A stretch of DNA of 41,274 bases. Source: a virus. The notes below the pieces were generated by a model. The model saw only the letters and a list, made by a program, of their open reading frames with translations, had not been told where the DNA came from and did not search any database. The translations under genes were made by a program, and so were the position numbers. The stretch spans positions 1-41,274 of IMG/VR virus record IMGVR_UViG_3300045988_038418, one strand, 5' to 3'. Positions 1-7,899 of the stretch are shown here, one piece after another (the first letter of the stretch is position 1; each line of letters begins with the position of its first letter).

Positions 1-285
1 TATGCGAAGATCGGTTCTTCCGGTGACTATGCGAAGATCGGTTCTTCCGGTGACTCTGCGCAGATTTCGAGCACGGGAGAAGATTCCGTGATCTGCTGCG
101 CCGGACATGATTCTGCGGTTAAAGCAAAAAAAGGCAGTTGGATCACGCTTTCTGAATGGGAATATTCAGAAGAAAAGAACCGAGTTGTTCCGTTATGTGT
201 CAAGACGGAATATGTGGACGGAGAGCGAATAAAAGCAGACACGTTCTATCGCCTTGTAAAAGGAGAATTCAAGGAAGTTAACTGA
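1..285 (+). CDS. C-terminal part of the nonapeptide-repeat protein whose 5' part is 40442..41274. The gene spans the contig junction.
   Basis: Frame 1 is open from nt 1 (YAKIGSSGDYAKIGSSGDSAQISSTGEDSVICCAGHDSAVKAKKGSW...GEFKEVN*) and continues the 27-nt repeat frame. Nt 1-53 equal nt 41222-41274 in the same codon phase. The ORF-track Met at 88 is internal. Confidence 0.8.
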   Translation, partial: YAKIGSSGDYAKIGSSGDSAQISSTGEDSVICCAGHDSAVKAKKGSWITLSEWEYSEEKNRVVPLCVKTEYVDGERIKADTFYRLVKGEFKEVN

Positions 286-372
286 TCAATACTGTCAAAT
301 GCATAAGACAGTGCATTTTAACATATCACGAATAAACGAGCTGCCAAATGGCAGCTCAGGAGGTGTGAAGCA

Positions 373-804
373 ATGAGAGAAGAACTTAACGACAGCATAA
401 CAAAAACGGTAGTTAATTTTGTCACGCAATTACATGAAACAGAGGGCGAATTTATTTTTGAGACAATTAGTCCGTTTTGCACAGATATACTACATAGAAG
501 GATATCCAAGAAAGAATTGGAAGAAATGCTTTTAAGAGCAGAGCGAATGAAATGGATCCCGGCTGTGAATACTCCGGAAGTTAACGAAGAAGGTTACAGT
601 GAACGTATTCTTCTTAATTTTGCAAATGCTACTGTTCACGAAATTGGTCAATATGTCGTAGATAAATATAGTGGATGTGCCTATTATATCGGTAATGATA
701 CCAAACCGTGTTCAATTTACGGACTTTTTGTAGATGCCTGGATGCCACTTCCAGAACGGTATAAGGAGGATGATGGAGATGATTATACACTTGAAGATCA
801 ATGA
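373..804 (+). CDS. Hypothetical early protein with a DUF551-like C-terminal half
   Basis: A strong RBS (AGGAGGTG) lies upstream. The C-terminal pattern WIP...(26+ aa)...AWMPLPE resembles the DUF551 phage domain. This is recalled, not searched. Confidence 0.5.
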   Translation: MREELNDSITKTVVNFVTQLHETEGEFIFETISPFCTDILHRRISKKELEEMLLRAERMKWIPAVNTPEVNEEGYSERILLNFANATVHEIGQYVVDKYSGCAYYIGNDTKPCSIYGLFVDAWMPLPERYKEDDGDDYTLEDQ

Positions 805-1016
805 AGTGTGTGACTGCACAATCGGAGTCACGAAAAAAAATGAAAGATGACATGATATCGTGTGAAAATGGGTTTTCTGTCGAAAAATATCCTGATTGTA
901 AAAAGTGTTCATGGGATCATGTCAAGATTGGAAATGAAGACCTTTGCATGGTTCATAGAATCAGAGCTGCCGTTTTGAATAACGAAAGGAATGTTACATA
1001 CTATGGTGAACAGTAA
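801..1016 (+). CDS. Small hypothetical protein containing cysteines
   Basis: The start overlaps the upstream stop as ATGA. It is 71 aa with a CKKC pair and further Cys/His residues. No family was recognised. Confidence 0.4.
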   Translation: MKCVTAQSESRKKMKDDMISCENGFSVEKYPDCKKCSWDHVKIGNEDLCMVHRIRAAVLNNERNVTYYGEQ

Positions 1017-1362
1017 GCAAAAAGGAGCCAGATTTGAGAGGGAATTGTCCAAAATCTTTCAAAGTTACGGCTATGAAAATGCAAGAAGGACAGCACAATA
1101 TTGCGGAAATACCGGAGATGCTTCTGACGTAATCGGCCTTCCTGGCATCCATGTCGAGGCAAAGATGCAGGAACGTATGAGGCTATATGACTGGATGGCT
1201 CAGGCCGAAAATGACGCCTCAAATAACCGTGTGAAGCCTCTCCCGGCAGTGTTTCATAAGCAAAGTCGAAAAGAAATTCTTGTGTCCATGCGATTAGACG
1301 ACTGGATGAAGCTGTATCAGGGATATGCAGAGATTATGAGACTGGATGAAGGAGGTGATTAA
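991..1362 (+). CDS. PD-(D/E)XK nuclease resembling a phage Holliday-junction resolvase
   Basis: The N-terminal KGARFEREL motif followed by D-x-(11)-VEAK is typical of archaeal-Hjc/RecU-like phage resolvases. The position next to replication and recombination genes fits. The start could be ATG 991 or ATG 1003. Confidence 0.55.
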   Translation: MLHTMVNSKQKGARFERELSKIFQSYGYENARRTAQYCGNTGDASDVIGLPGIHVEAKMQERMRLYDWMAQAENDASNNRVKPLPAVFHKQSRKEILVSMRLDDWMKLYQGYAEIMRLDEGGD

Positions 1363-1364
1363 GA

Positions 1365-2258
1365 ATGGCCGAAAGGCGCATGTTTACTCAGAAAATCATT
1401 GATTCTGACGCTTTTCTTGATATGCCTCTGACGACTCAGGCCCTATATTTCCACCTTAACATGAGGGCAGATGATGACGGGTTCATCAACAACCCGAAGA
1501 AGATCTGCCGGATGATCGGGGCATCTGAGGATGATCTGAAGCTGCTGATTGCAAAAAGATTTGTGCTCGCATTCGAAAAAGGTGTGATCGTCATTAAGCA
1601 CTGGCGGATGCATAACCTGATTCGAAAGGATCGGTACAGTCCGACCCAGTACGAGGACGAATTCATGAGTTTGGACATTAAGGATAACGGATCATACACT
1701 GAAAAAATGCCGCAAATTCAAGGGATTGATGAGTATGGCAACCAAATGGCAACCAGTTGGCAACCAGTTGGCAACCAAATGGCAACCCAGGATAGGTTAG
1801 GTAAGGATAGTATAGGAGAGGTTAGTGTAGGTAAGAGTAGTATAGTTAAGGACAGTATAGGAGAGAAAGAAGAAGTAAAAGAAGAAAAAAACTCCACCAC
1901 CAACACCTGCAAGCAGGTGGCAGCCCTCTTCAATCAAATCTGTGTGTCATATCCTTCTGTTCAATCTCTCTCTGAGGCAAGAAAGAAAGCTATAAAAGCC
2001 AGATTTAAGACCTATACGCTAGAAGACTTTGAGATCTTGTTCGAGAAAGCGGAGGCATCCGACTTTTTGAAGGGCGGCAATGGCCGGAACTGGTCAGCAA
2101 ACTTCGACTGGCTTATCAGGGATTCCAACATGGCGAAAGTACTTGACGGCAATTATGACAATAAGTCTTGTTGCAGGAATCAAGCACCGAACAAGACAGC
2201 ACAGCAGTTAGATGATTTTTATGACATGGCTGCCAGATGGGCAGCAGAGGGGGAATGA
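1365..2258 (+). CDS. Phage replisome organizer / replication initiator (Phage_rep_org_N-like N-terminus, conserved phage C-terminal domain)
   Basis: The N-terminus (MFTQKIIDSDAFLDMPLTTQALYFHLNMRADDDGFINNPKKI) matches the replisome-organizer N-domain pattern. The C-terminus (NWSANFDWLIRDSNMAKVLDGNYDN) matches the conserved phage C-terminus family. The central linker is encoded by DNA iterons. Confidence 0.8.
   Translation: MAERRMFTQKIIDSDAFLDMPLTTQALYFHLNMRADDDGFINNPKKICRMIGASEDDLKLLIAKRFVLAFEKGVIVIKHWRMHNLIRKDRYSPTQYEDEFMSLDIKDNGSYTEKMPQIQGIDEYGNQMATSWQPVGNQMATQDRLGKDSIGEVSVGKSSIVKDSIGEKEEVKEEKNSTTNTCKQVAALFNQICVSYPSVQSLSEARKKAIKARFKTYTLEDFEILFEKAEASDFLKGGNGRNWSANFDWLIRDSNMAKVLDGNYDNKSCCRNQAPNKTAQQLDDFYDMAARWAAEGE
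1736..1866. repeat. Iteron cluster inside the replisome-organizer gene, a candidate origin of replication
   Basis: Five tandem 11-bp units TGGCAACCAnn occupy 1736-1790. A second set follows: GTTAG/GTAAG pentamers, three (T/C)AGTATAG boxes at 1808, 1838 and 1853, and AGTATAGGAGAG twice at 1809 and 1854. An A-rich tract lies at 1861-1890. Confidence 0.6.
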
Positions 2259-2262
2259 AGAC

Positions 2263-2841
2263 ATGGACAAGAATGAATTTTCGATGTTCTCGATGGCCTT
2301 AAAAACTTACTATCCACGAGAAAACCTGTTGCCGAACACACAGGCCATGGAGCTGTGGTTTAAGCAGTTACAGGATATTCCGTATGCGGTGGCAGAAACG
2401 ACACTGAACAAGTGGGTAGCTGTAAACAAGTGGTCGCCGTCGATTGCAGACATTAGGGCAGAGGCAGCAGAGATCAAGAACGGTGAGGCTCCTGACTGGG
2501 GCGAAGGCTGGGAGAGTGTGATCGCTGCCATCCGGCGATACGGCTCTTACCGGGTAGATGAGGCGATGGCGAGCTTTGATCCGGTAACCCGTAAGTGTGT
2601 TGAACGAATCGGGTTCTTAAACATCTGTCAATCGGAGAACATTGCTGCGGATCGGGCGAACTTCCGGACGCTGTACGAGCAACTGTCGGAGAAAGAGCAA
2701 AAAAATAAGCAGATGCCGAAGATGCTAAAGGCGTTGATTGAAAAAATACAGAGCGGAGAAATTGATGTTGACGCTCCTGAGACTCGTATGAGACAAATAG
2801 AGCGTCAAAATACAAAAGTCGATAAAATTATCGAGCATTAA
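2263..2841 (+). CDS. Replicative helicase loader-like protein (SPP1 G39P-like N-terminal domain)
   Basis: It lies immediately after the replisome organizer. The N-terminal pattern F..MALKTYYP...W...L.DIPY......L..WV....WSPSIADIR resembles the G39P family. ATG 2263 sits 5 nt after the upstream stop and has a GGGGGA RBS. Confidence 0.5.
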   Translation: MDKNEFSMFSMALKTYYPRENLLPNTQAMELWFKQLQDIPYAVAETTLNKWVAVNKWSPSIADIRAEAAEIKNGEAPDWGEGWESVIAAIRRYGSYRVDEAMASFDPVTRKCVERIGFLNICQSENIAADRANFRTLYEQLSEKEQKNKQMPKMLKALIEKIQSGEIDVDAPETRMRQIERQNTKVDKIIEH

Positions 2842-2878
2842 AATAAAAAGCCTTAAAATGGCGAGTAGGAGGTATAAA

Positions 2879-3067
2879 ATGGATTTTAAATTACTTGTTA
2901 CGACAAAAATGCTCATGGAGGTTTTATCAGCTGGCAAATCGTCAGCCGAGATCATCGGAGAAAAGGCGGAGGCGAAAGTCAGAGTGGGTTCCAGAATTTT
3001 CTGGTATCTGCCGAAGATTCAGAAATATCTTAAGGAGAATGCAAGTGATGATGGGAGGTTGAAATAA
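2879..3067 (+). CDS. Small hypothetical protein, possibly excisionase/HTH-like
   Basis: An AGGAGG RBS lies 5-6 nt upstream of ATG 2879. The ORF-track start at 2858 lacks an RBS. It is 62 aa with no confident family. Confidence 0.4.
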   Translation: MDFKLLVTTKMLMEVLSAGKSSAEIIGEKAEAKVRVGSRIFWYLPKIQKYLKENASDDGRLK

Positions 3068-3528
3068 TGCCGGCGGGATACAGTATCACCAACGATGAGA
3101 GAAAAAAGATTGTGCGAATGCATGATGAGGGAATGAGATACACTGATATAGCCTGTGTGCTCGCTCTGAGCAAATCTAGCGTTTATAACATCTGCCGTGA
3201 GGAAACTTACAGGAGACACAACAGAAACACTGTATTCAGCTATGAGGAGGCAAAAAAGGCGAATCAGGCAATTCACCCGGAGGATATCGACAAGCTGAAA
3301 AGAGAAACGTACATCGGCAGGACGGTAGTGATCAAGCAAAAATCGTATGAAAGCGATGGCGTCCGTGCAACCGGTATGACGGGAATCGAGGAGAAAAGAG
3401 GGCGGGTGTGTGCCCTCTATCGGGATTTCTTCGGGCTCATCATGGAAAATGGCGGATATCGGACGTCGGTGAGATGGGCGGACATGCTGAGTCACCATGC
3501 GGATTACGACATTGCTTTTGAGGGGTGA
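3067..3528 (+). CDS. DNA-binding protein with an N-terminal HTH and an unknown C-terminal domain
   Basis: The segment ERKKIVRMHDEGMRYTDIACVLALSKSSVYNI is a resolvase/IS30-type helix-turn-helix pattern. The start overlaps the upstream stop. Confidence 0.5.
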   Translation: MPAGYSITNDERKKIVRMHDEGMRYTDIACVLALSKSSVYNICREETYRRHNRNTVFSYEEAKKANQAIHPEDIDKLKRETYIGRTVVIKQKSYESDGVRATGMTGIEEKRGRVCALYRDFFGLIMENGGYRTSVRWADMLSHHADYDIAFEG

Positions 3529-3539
3529 GTGACGGGGGT

Positions 3540-3692
3540 ATGGCGTGCAAGTTGGAATGTATCGGAAATGCAAGTGACAAACATCAATGCTGCAAAATTT
3601 GCAATTGCAGAGACAAATGCAACATATTATGCGACTGCATGGATGAATTCGAATTCGCAGAGGATTGCGGCGAGTGGGAGGATGATGATTGA
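3540..3692 (+). CDS. 50-aa cysteine-rich ORF, too short for the ORF track
   Basis: The translation is MACKLECIGNASDKHQCCKICNCRDKCNILCDCMDEFEFAEDCGEWEDDD* with 11 Cys. A GGGGG RBS lies just upstream. Its TGA overlaps the ATG of the next gene (TGATG), which suggests translational coupling. Confidence 0.5.
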   Translation: MACKLECIGNASDKHQCCKICNCRDKCNILCDCMDEFEFAEDCGEWEDDD

Positions 3693-3994
3693 TGCCGTAT
3701 TATAAGAAGTATTATAAGCCACAGGTTATGGCGTGGATCAAGCATTTCAGAGATGGAAAGCAGCCTAAAACATTACAGGAAGCTGTACACTACTATGCTG
3801 TTAAGTGTGCAATTCATGATACTTTACAAATGGATGATGGCGTCGACAGAATGAGGTTGATTGAAATGTGCTACTTAAAAAAACGAAAAAGCATCATCGG
3901 GGCTGCCATGGAAGTCGGGGTATCAGAACGAACGGCATACAACTGGTGCTCCGATTTTGCAAAAATTGTAGAAGAAAAAGCAGGATATGTATGA
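3692..3994 (+). CDS. Candidate late-gene transcriptional activator (RinA/ArpU-like, C-terminal sigma region-4-type HTH)
   Basis: It is the last gene before the terS leader. The C-terminal segment IIGAAMEVGVSERTAYNWCSDFAKIV is HTH-like. Size and position match phage late activators. Confidence 0.5.
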   Translation: MPYYKKYYKPQVMAWIKHFRDGKQPKTLQEAVHYYAVKCAIHDTLQMDDGVDRMRLIEMCYLKKRKSIIGAAMEVGVSERTAYNWCSDFAKIVEEKAGYV

Positions 3995-3996
3995 AG

Positions 3997-4013
3997 TTTG
4001 CAGTTACAGTAGA
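3997..4013 (+). promoter_or_regulatory. Copy 1 of the conserved 17-mer TTTGCAGTTAC(A/G)GTA(G/C)A
   Basis: TTTGCAGTTACAGTAGA lies directly after the activator gene at the head of the terS leader. Near-identical copies are at 9320-9336 and 36068-36084. Confidence 0.4.
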
Positions 4014-4232
4014 AAATGTTTTTGTAGAATAGAGCGTGGATGGATGTCTTTTGACATTTTGTTTTTCCTCCTTACGATTATGCTGGGTGCGTAAAATCAG
4101 CAGTAGCGGACCGGATTCGCCGGCATGGCTATCGCCTTGAGATAGGTTGCACACTGTTTCATATTATTTCCTTTCTGAAGGGCTGTTCCGCTTTGACGGG
4201 CGGCCCTAAAGTTGTCTTACGAGGTGATTTTC

Positions 4233-5132
4233 TTGGCTAGAGCTCCAAATAAAAAAGTTGATAAAGCAAAAAAGTTATATTTGAAGGGCGAGAAGTTAAT
4301 TGATATCGCTAATGAGCTGGAGCTTCCGGAAGGCACCGTCAGAAGGTGGAAAAAAACGTATCAATGGGATAGCGAACGTTCGGAAAATAATAGCGAACGT
4401 TCGGTTAAAACGTCCGTTAAGAAAAAGAAAACCGTTGCAAAAGAAGTTAAACAGGTCATGAAAAACACTGAATTAACCGATAAACAGAGGCTTTTCTGTC
4501 TTCATTACATTAAGTGTTTTAATGCAACGAAGGCATATCAGAAAGCGTATGAATGTAGCTATGAAGTAGCAGCTTCGGCAAGTTATCGAATGTTGGACAA
4601 TGTTGGAATTCGAAATGAAATTCAGCATCTTAAACAGAACCGCTACCAGAGAGAATTTCTTTCCGAAGCAGATATCTTTCAAAAGTACATGGATATCGCC
4701 TTTGCGGATATCACAGATTTCCTTGATTTTGGAACTGAAGAAGTCCCGGTTATGGCATTGTACGGGCCTGTAAAAATCAAAGACCCTGAGACGGGGGAGG
4801 AGAAAATGCTGACAAAGACAGTGAACACGGTATACTTCAAGCCTTCAAGTGAGGTGGATGGTTCTATTCTAGCTGAAGTCAAGCAAGGGAAAGATGGCGC
4901 TAGCATTAAGCTTTCCGAGAGAATGAAGGCTCTTGACTGGCTATCGAAGCATATGAATATAGCTACAGACGAGCAGAAGGCTAGAATCGAGCAGATTCAT
5001 GCACAGACAGAGTTACTCAAGGCGAAAGCGCAGGCGGACGATATTGAAGAGGCTGCCGATGACGGATTTATAGAAGCATTGAAGGGAACCGCAGCGGATG
5101 ATTGGGAGGACGGACCGGATGAAGAGAATTAA
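4233..5132 (+). CDS. terS: Terminase small subunit (N-terminal HTH plus Terminase_2-like domain)
   Basis: The N-terminal segment LIDIANELELPEGTVRRWKKTYQWD is an HTH. LTDKQRLFCLHYIKCFNATKAYQKAY is the Terminase_2 signature. The start is TTG 4233, with a GAGGTG RBS 6 nt upstream. The gene lies directly upstream of terL. Confidence 0.85.
   Translation: MARAPNKKVDKAKKLYLKGEKLIDIANELELPEGTVRRWKKTYQWDSERSENNSERSVKTSVKKKKTVAKEVKQVMKNTELTDKQRLFCLHYIKCFNATKAYQKAYECSYEVAASASYRMLDNVGIRNEIQHLKQNRYQREFLSEADIFQKYMDIAFADITDFLDFGTEEVPVMALYGPVKIKDPETGEEKMLTKTVNTVYFKPSSEVDGSILAEVKQGKDGASIKLSERMKALDWLSKHMNIATDEQKARIEQIHAQTELLKAKAQADDIEEAADDGFIEALKGTAADDWEDGPDEEN
4370..4404. repeat. Two copies of TAGCGAACGTTCGG, each with the 10-bp palindrome CGAACGTTCG. 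Candidate pac-site element inside terS.
   Basis: Exact 14-bp direct repeats at 4370-4383 and 4391-4404, spaced 21 bp start to start. They lie in the linker between the terS HTH and its core domain. Confidence 0.35.
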
Positions 5133-6441
5133 GCAATTCTTCAAATTCCAGCCATTCTCGAAAAAGCAGCGAATGGTTCTTAACTGGTGGACGGACGGAT
5201 CGCCGGTTGAAGATCATGAAGGCATCATAGCAGACGGGGCGATTCGTTCAGGAAAGACGGTGTGCATGTCGCTGTCGTTCGTAATGTGGGCGATGTCGAG
5301 CTTTAACGGGCAGAATTTCGCAATGTGCGGAAAGACGATCGGCTCCTTCCGGAGAAACGTCCTTTTCTGGCTGAAACTGATGCTCAAGTCAAGAGGATAC
5401 AGAGTGACGGATCACCGTGCGGACAATCTTGTCGTAATATCCCGAGGGGATGTGGAGAATAACTTCTACGTCTTCGGCGGTAAAGATGAGCGGTCACAGG
5501 ATCTGATCCAGGGCATCACATTGGCCGGGGTCTTTTTTGATGAAGTGGCTCTGATGCCGGAATCTTTCGTCAATCAGGCGACCGGACGATGCTCTGTGGA
5601 TGGCTCAAAGTATTGGTTCAACTGCAATCCGGACGGTCCGAATCACTGGTTCAAAAAAAACTGGATAGACAACAGAAAAGCCAAGAGGCTGCTATATCTG
5701 CATTTCACGATGGACGATAACCTGAGCCTTACAGAGAAGATTAAGGCTAGATATCGAGCTATGTATGTAGGCATCTTCTATGCAAGATACATAGAGGGAC
5801 GCTGGGCGATGGCAGAGGGTGCGATTTACGACATGTTCGACGAGAATGTGCATGTTATAGATCAGCTTCCGGAGCTGGATGGCCCGTGGTTCATATCGTG
5901 TGACTTTGGTATCCAGAATGCAACTGTATTCCTTTTGTGGCGCAGAAAGAAAGGCACGAATACATGGGTATGCACGAACCAATACCGATACAGTGGACGC
6001 GAGAAGAAGCTACAAAAGTCTGTAAAGCAGCTTATAGACGGCATGGAAGAAACGTTCGGGCTGAGTTCGGACGAATACGACACAGAAAAGATATGCCCTA
6101 GGAACATTATCGTAGACCCTTCTGCAAGCGCGCTAATCGTAGAGCTTAGACAGAGGGGATACAGTGTCAGGAAGGCGAAAAATGATGTCCTGAATGGTAT
6201 CGCAGACGTACAGGTGATGCTTAAGGATGGCCGTCTGCTGTTCCTGAAACGATGCTGTAAGGAGACTATCGAGGAGATACAGGGGTACAGATGGGACGAA
6301 AAGAAAGCCGAGCGAGGAGAGGATGCACCGGTCAAAGAGGCCGACCATTCCTGTGATGCAATTCGATATTTCGTAAAAACAATGAAGCTTGTGAACAGAG
6401 ATGACACGGAGGACGATAATGAATATGAATTCTATCTATAG
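5119..6441 (+). CDS. terL: Terminase large subunit (PBSX/Terminase_3-like)
   Basis: A Walker A motif (GAIRSGKT) is present, with typical terL length and order. ATG 5119 has a GGGAGGA RBS and overlaps the end of terS. Confidence 0.9.
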   Translation: MKRIKQFFKFQPFSKKQRMVLNWWTDGSPVEDHEGIIADGAIRSGKTVCMSLSFVMWAMSSFNGQNFAMCGKTIGSFRRNVLFWLKLMLKSRGYRVTDHRADNLVVISRGDVENNFYVFGGKDERSQDLIQGITLAGVFFDEVALMPESFVNQATGRCSVDGSKYWFNCNPDGPNHWFKKNWIDNRKAKRLLYLHFTMDDNLSLTEKIKARYRAMYVGIFYARYIEGRWAMAEGAIYDMFDENVHVIDQLPELDGPWFISCDFGIQNATVFLLWRRKKGTNTWVCTNQYRYSGREKKLQKSVKQLIDGMEETFGLSSDEYDTEKICPRNIIVDPSASALIVELRQRGYSVRKAKNDVLNGIADVQVMLKDGRLLFLKRCCKETIEEIQGYRWDEKKAERGEDAPVKEADHSCDAIRYFVKTMKLVNRDDTEDDNEYEFYL

Positions 6442-6450
6442 AGGTGAGAT

Positions 6451-7899
6451 ATGAGAACGTATCAAGATTTAGAGAAGCTCGGCAAAAATGATATTGAACG
6501 GGGAAATTTCTGCCGATATGCTGTAAACTCTTTCATGGAATCGGAAGAATACAAAAATGCACGGTCTGGGGAAGCTTATTATTCGAAACATAACGAGACG
6601 ATAGAACGGTTTCAGAAGTTCCTGTACAGCCTGTCCGGCCGTAGGATTCCTGATCTGTTCAGTGCAAATTATAAGCTTAAAACGCTCTTTTTTAGACGTC
6701 TGATCATACAGCAGGTGCAGTATGTGCTAGGAAACGGCGTTACCTTGCAGAATAAGGACAACAAGGAGAAGCTTGGCCGAGATTTCGACTATAAGTTGCA
6801 GACTGCCGCAAAAAAGGCAATGGCTGCGGGTCGTGCCTTCGGGTTTTGGAACTACGATCATTTAGAGGTCTTCGGATATGCAGACACCCCTTCTTCTCCG
6901 GGCTTCTGTCCTCTCTACGACGAGGATACAGGAGAGCTGCGAGCTGGTATTCGATATTGGTTCAGAAACGAAGGAAAAAACAAGATTTTTAGAGCAACAC
7001 TCTATGAAGATGAAGGCTATACGGAATATATCAAGACAGGCAGCGAAGATGCGAAGGTTATGCAGCCTAGAAAGGGCTACAAGATCATCACGAAGTCTAC
7101 AGAGGTACAAGGCATTGATGATGTTTGTGAGGAAAACTATAGCAGCCTTCCAATCGTCTGCCTCTATGCGAATGATACGCATGAAAGCGAACTTGTAGGC
7201 ATCCGTGAAAACATCGACTGCTACGATTTTATCAAATCCGGCCTCGCAAATGATATTGATGATACATCCGGCTTCTACTGGATCCTTAAGAATGAGGGCG
7301 GAATGAAAGACGTTGACCTGGCTAAGTTCATACAGAGAATGAAGTCTGTACATGCTGCTGCCGTGGATGGGGATGAGGCAAGCATAGAAGCACATACCCT
7401 CGATGTGCCTTACGATGCACGAAAGACTATGCTTGAGCTACTCAGAAAGGACATCTATGAGGATTTTCAAGCTCTTGATGTGAATACTTTGTCAGCTGCA
7501 CAGAAGACAGCACAGGAGATTCAGGCAGCTTATCAGTCGCAGGATAACAAGTGCGCAGACTTCGAATACAACGTTATCGATTTCGTACAAAAAATTCTGG
7601 AACTGGCAGGCATCGACGATGAGCCAACTTTTGTTTGGAATAAGGTCACGAACCAGAACGAAGCACTGGATATGATCCTGAAAGCTGCAGCTTACCTGTC
7701 CGATGAGTGCATTATTAAGCACTTGCCTTTCCTGACTCCGGAAGAGGCCGACGAAGAGATTGACAAGCGAGAAAAAGAACAGCTGAATAGCTTCAATCTC
7801 GGTAACGGCGGACAGAACGGAGACGGAGAAGAAGGAGACGGTGAAACCGGCGAAGGTGATGATCAAGGCGGACGGGGTGACAATGGGGATGATGAATAA
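6451..7899 (+). CDS. Portal protein (SPP1 gp6-like)
   Basis: It is 482 aa and follows terL directly. It has an acidic, G/D/E-rich C-terminal tail. The order terL-portal-MuF fits. Confidence 0.85.
   Translation: MRTYQDLEKLGKNDIERGNFCRYAVNSFMESEEYKNARSGEAYYSKHNETIERFQKFLYSLSGRRIPDLFSANYKLKTLFFRRLIIQQVQYVLGNGVTLQNKDNKEKLGRDFDYKLQTAAKKAMAAGRAFGFWNYDHLEVFGYADTPSSPGFCPLYDEDTGELRAGIRYWFRNEGKNKIFRATLYEDEGYTEYIKTGSEDAKVMQPRKGYKIITKSTEVQGIDDVCEENYSSLPIVCLYANDTHESELVGIRENIDCYDFIKSGLANDIDDTSGFYWILKNEGGMKDVDLAKFIQRMKSVHAAAVDGDEASIEAHTLDVPYDARKTMLELLRKDIYEDFQALDVNTLSAAQKTAQEIQAAYQSQDNKCADFEYNVIDFVQKILELAGIDDEPTFVWNKVTNQNEALDMILKAAAYLSDECIIKHLPFLTPEEADEEIDKREKEQLNSFNLGNGGQNGDGEEGDGETGEGDDQGGRGDNGDDE

Noticed and set aside
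88-285. The 65-aa ORF starting at Met 88 as an independent gene.
   Set aside because: The frame is open back to nt 1 and continues the repeat protein across the circular junction. No RBS precedes nt 88.
340-359. A perfect 8-bp stem hairpin, GAGCTGCC-aaat-GGCAGCTC, as a terminator.
   Set aside because: It has no downstream T-tract and directly abuts the RBS of gene 373..804. At most it is a minor translational or stability element, and the evidence is not enough to call it.
3019-3573. A 184-aa ORF on the - strand.
   Set aside because: It is antisense to the coupled + strand genes 2879..3528 in a region transcribed in one direction. It has no RBS and no recognisable motifs.
3894-4154. An 86-aa - strand ORF in the terS leader.
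   Set aside because: It has no RBS and overlaps the 3' end of the activator gene in antisense. The region is more plausibly an untranslated late leader or packaging-signal region.
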